From an uncultured bacterium (GTDB lineage: Bacteria > Patescibacteriota > Microgenomatia > UBA1400 > PJMF01), in contig CAJBWJ010000025.1 of assembly GCA_903959355.1 (NCBI GenBank), forward strand, positions 1 through 62,864: a stretch of DNA of 62,864 nucleotides, given 5' to 3'. Made by a program: the position numbers and the translations under genes. This document shows positions 62,163 through 62,864 of this stretch, piece after piece. Below the pieces are notes generated by a model. That model saw nothing but the letters and a program-made list of their open reading frames with translations, was not told where the DNA came from and searched no databases. How positions within the stretch are numbered: position 1 is the first letter of the stretch; each line of letters starts with the position of its first letter.

Positions 62163-62864
62163 CTAATCTTTCAGTGGCCAAAAATCCGCCCAAGTTGACA
62201 AGTCTTTGAAGTGTTCATGAACCTTTAAAAGTCTTTCTTTTTCTTCTGGTGTTTTAGATGTTGCAACTATATCTCGAAAAACAAACCAAGAAAAGTTAGG
62301 TTGCTGTCTAAAGATGGCTTCAGCCAAAACATAAAATTCATCAAGACGATCATTTTGAAATAAATAGACCAAAGTTTTATCGTAGAAATCCATATATGGA
62401 TAAAAGTTTCCATTCATAGAGTCTGGATTAAAATCTTTGAAATATTTTAGAAAAGCAGCAGCTTGCTCAAAATTCTTTTCATCCAAAAATGAAGCTTTGA
62501 TGTCACCCATAATAAAGGGGTTTAAAACAAGTGCTTTTTGATAATACCACGCTGCTATCGTAGGGTTTTTGTCTTTGTAAGCTTGTTCTCCAAAATAAAA
62601 AAACTCTTTAGCTATATTTCTTTGACGTAAATAATCTAAAAAATTAACATTATTCAAAAATTGATATTTTTGTATTAACTCAATAAACTCATTGACGAGC
62701 GGCTGAGCTTCTTTATAGGAAAAAGCTTTAAAATCAATGTTTGTAGAAAAAAGTAAAGGATCTATCTTGGCAAATTCTATTTGCAATTGAACTTTTCTAT
62801 TCAAATCTAGTTCACTCGAAAGAGAAAAGTTAGATAAAAAAATTGGATCATTCTTATAAAGAAA
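62163..62864 (-). CDS. C-terminal part of a helical/TPR-like protein, truncated by window edge
   Basis: Frame open to base 62864; AAWYYQKALVLNP is TPR-like. Confidence 0.6.
   Translation of the reverse strand, partial: FLYKNDPIFLSNFSLSSELDLNRKVQLQIEFAKIDPLLFSTNIDFKAFSYKEAQPLVNEFIELIQKYQFLNNVNFLDYLRQRNIAKEFFYFGEQAYKDKNPTIAAWYYQKALVLNPFIMGDIKASFLDEKNFEQAAAFLKYFKDFNPDSMNGNFYPYMDFYDKTLVYLFQNDRLDEFYVLAEAIFRQQPNFSWFVFRDIVATSKTPEEKERLLKVHEHFKDLSTWADFWPLKD

Overview
AT-rich bacterial genomic window (standard code; TGA is used as stop). Gene content and style suggest Patescibacteria/CPR, probably Microgenomates (inference). Housekeeping and envelope genes: smpB, cmk, nrdR plus class II RNR with tandem NrdR boxes, two class A PBPs, GH18, GH3, murJ, pilNOP-like genes, rpsT, lepA, rpsA, pgk, and a tRNA-Ala/23S/5S unit with no linked 16S. 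The standout is a 23.7-kb ORF (15484..39192, minus, 7902 aa). It carries an N-terminal membrane anchor, a Gly/Ala-rich hydrophobic region and a SecA-like SF2 ATPase. These are followed by a string of enzyme modules: a metallophosphoesterase, two GHKL ATPases (one with permuted motif order), two HExxH zincin motifs, a serine beta-lactamase/PBP-fold domain and a C-terminal NlpC/P60/CHAP-like Cys-His domain. A duplicated Cys-containing module and internal TM segments separate the late modules. It looks like a modular, possibly self-translocating effector polyprotein lying downstream of pilus-assembly genes. Other signals: long inverted repeats on both sides of nrdJ, an RnlA-like HEPN nuclease, AT-hook-like repeats on a PBP, widespread leaderless-type promoters, and a probable frameshifted small gene absent from the ORF track. 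All domain calls come from motif reading by eye, not database searches.
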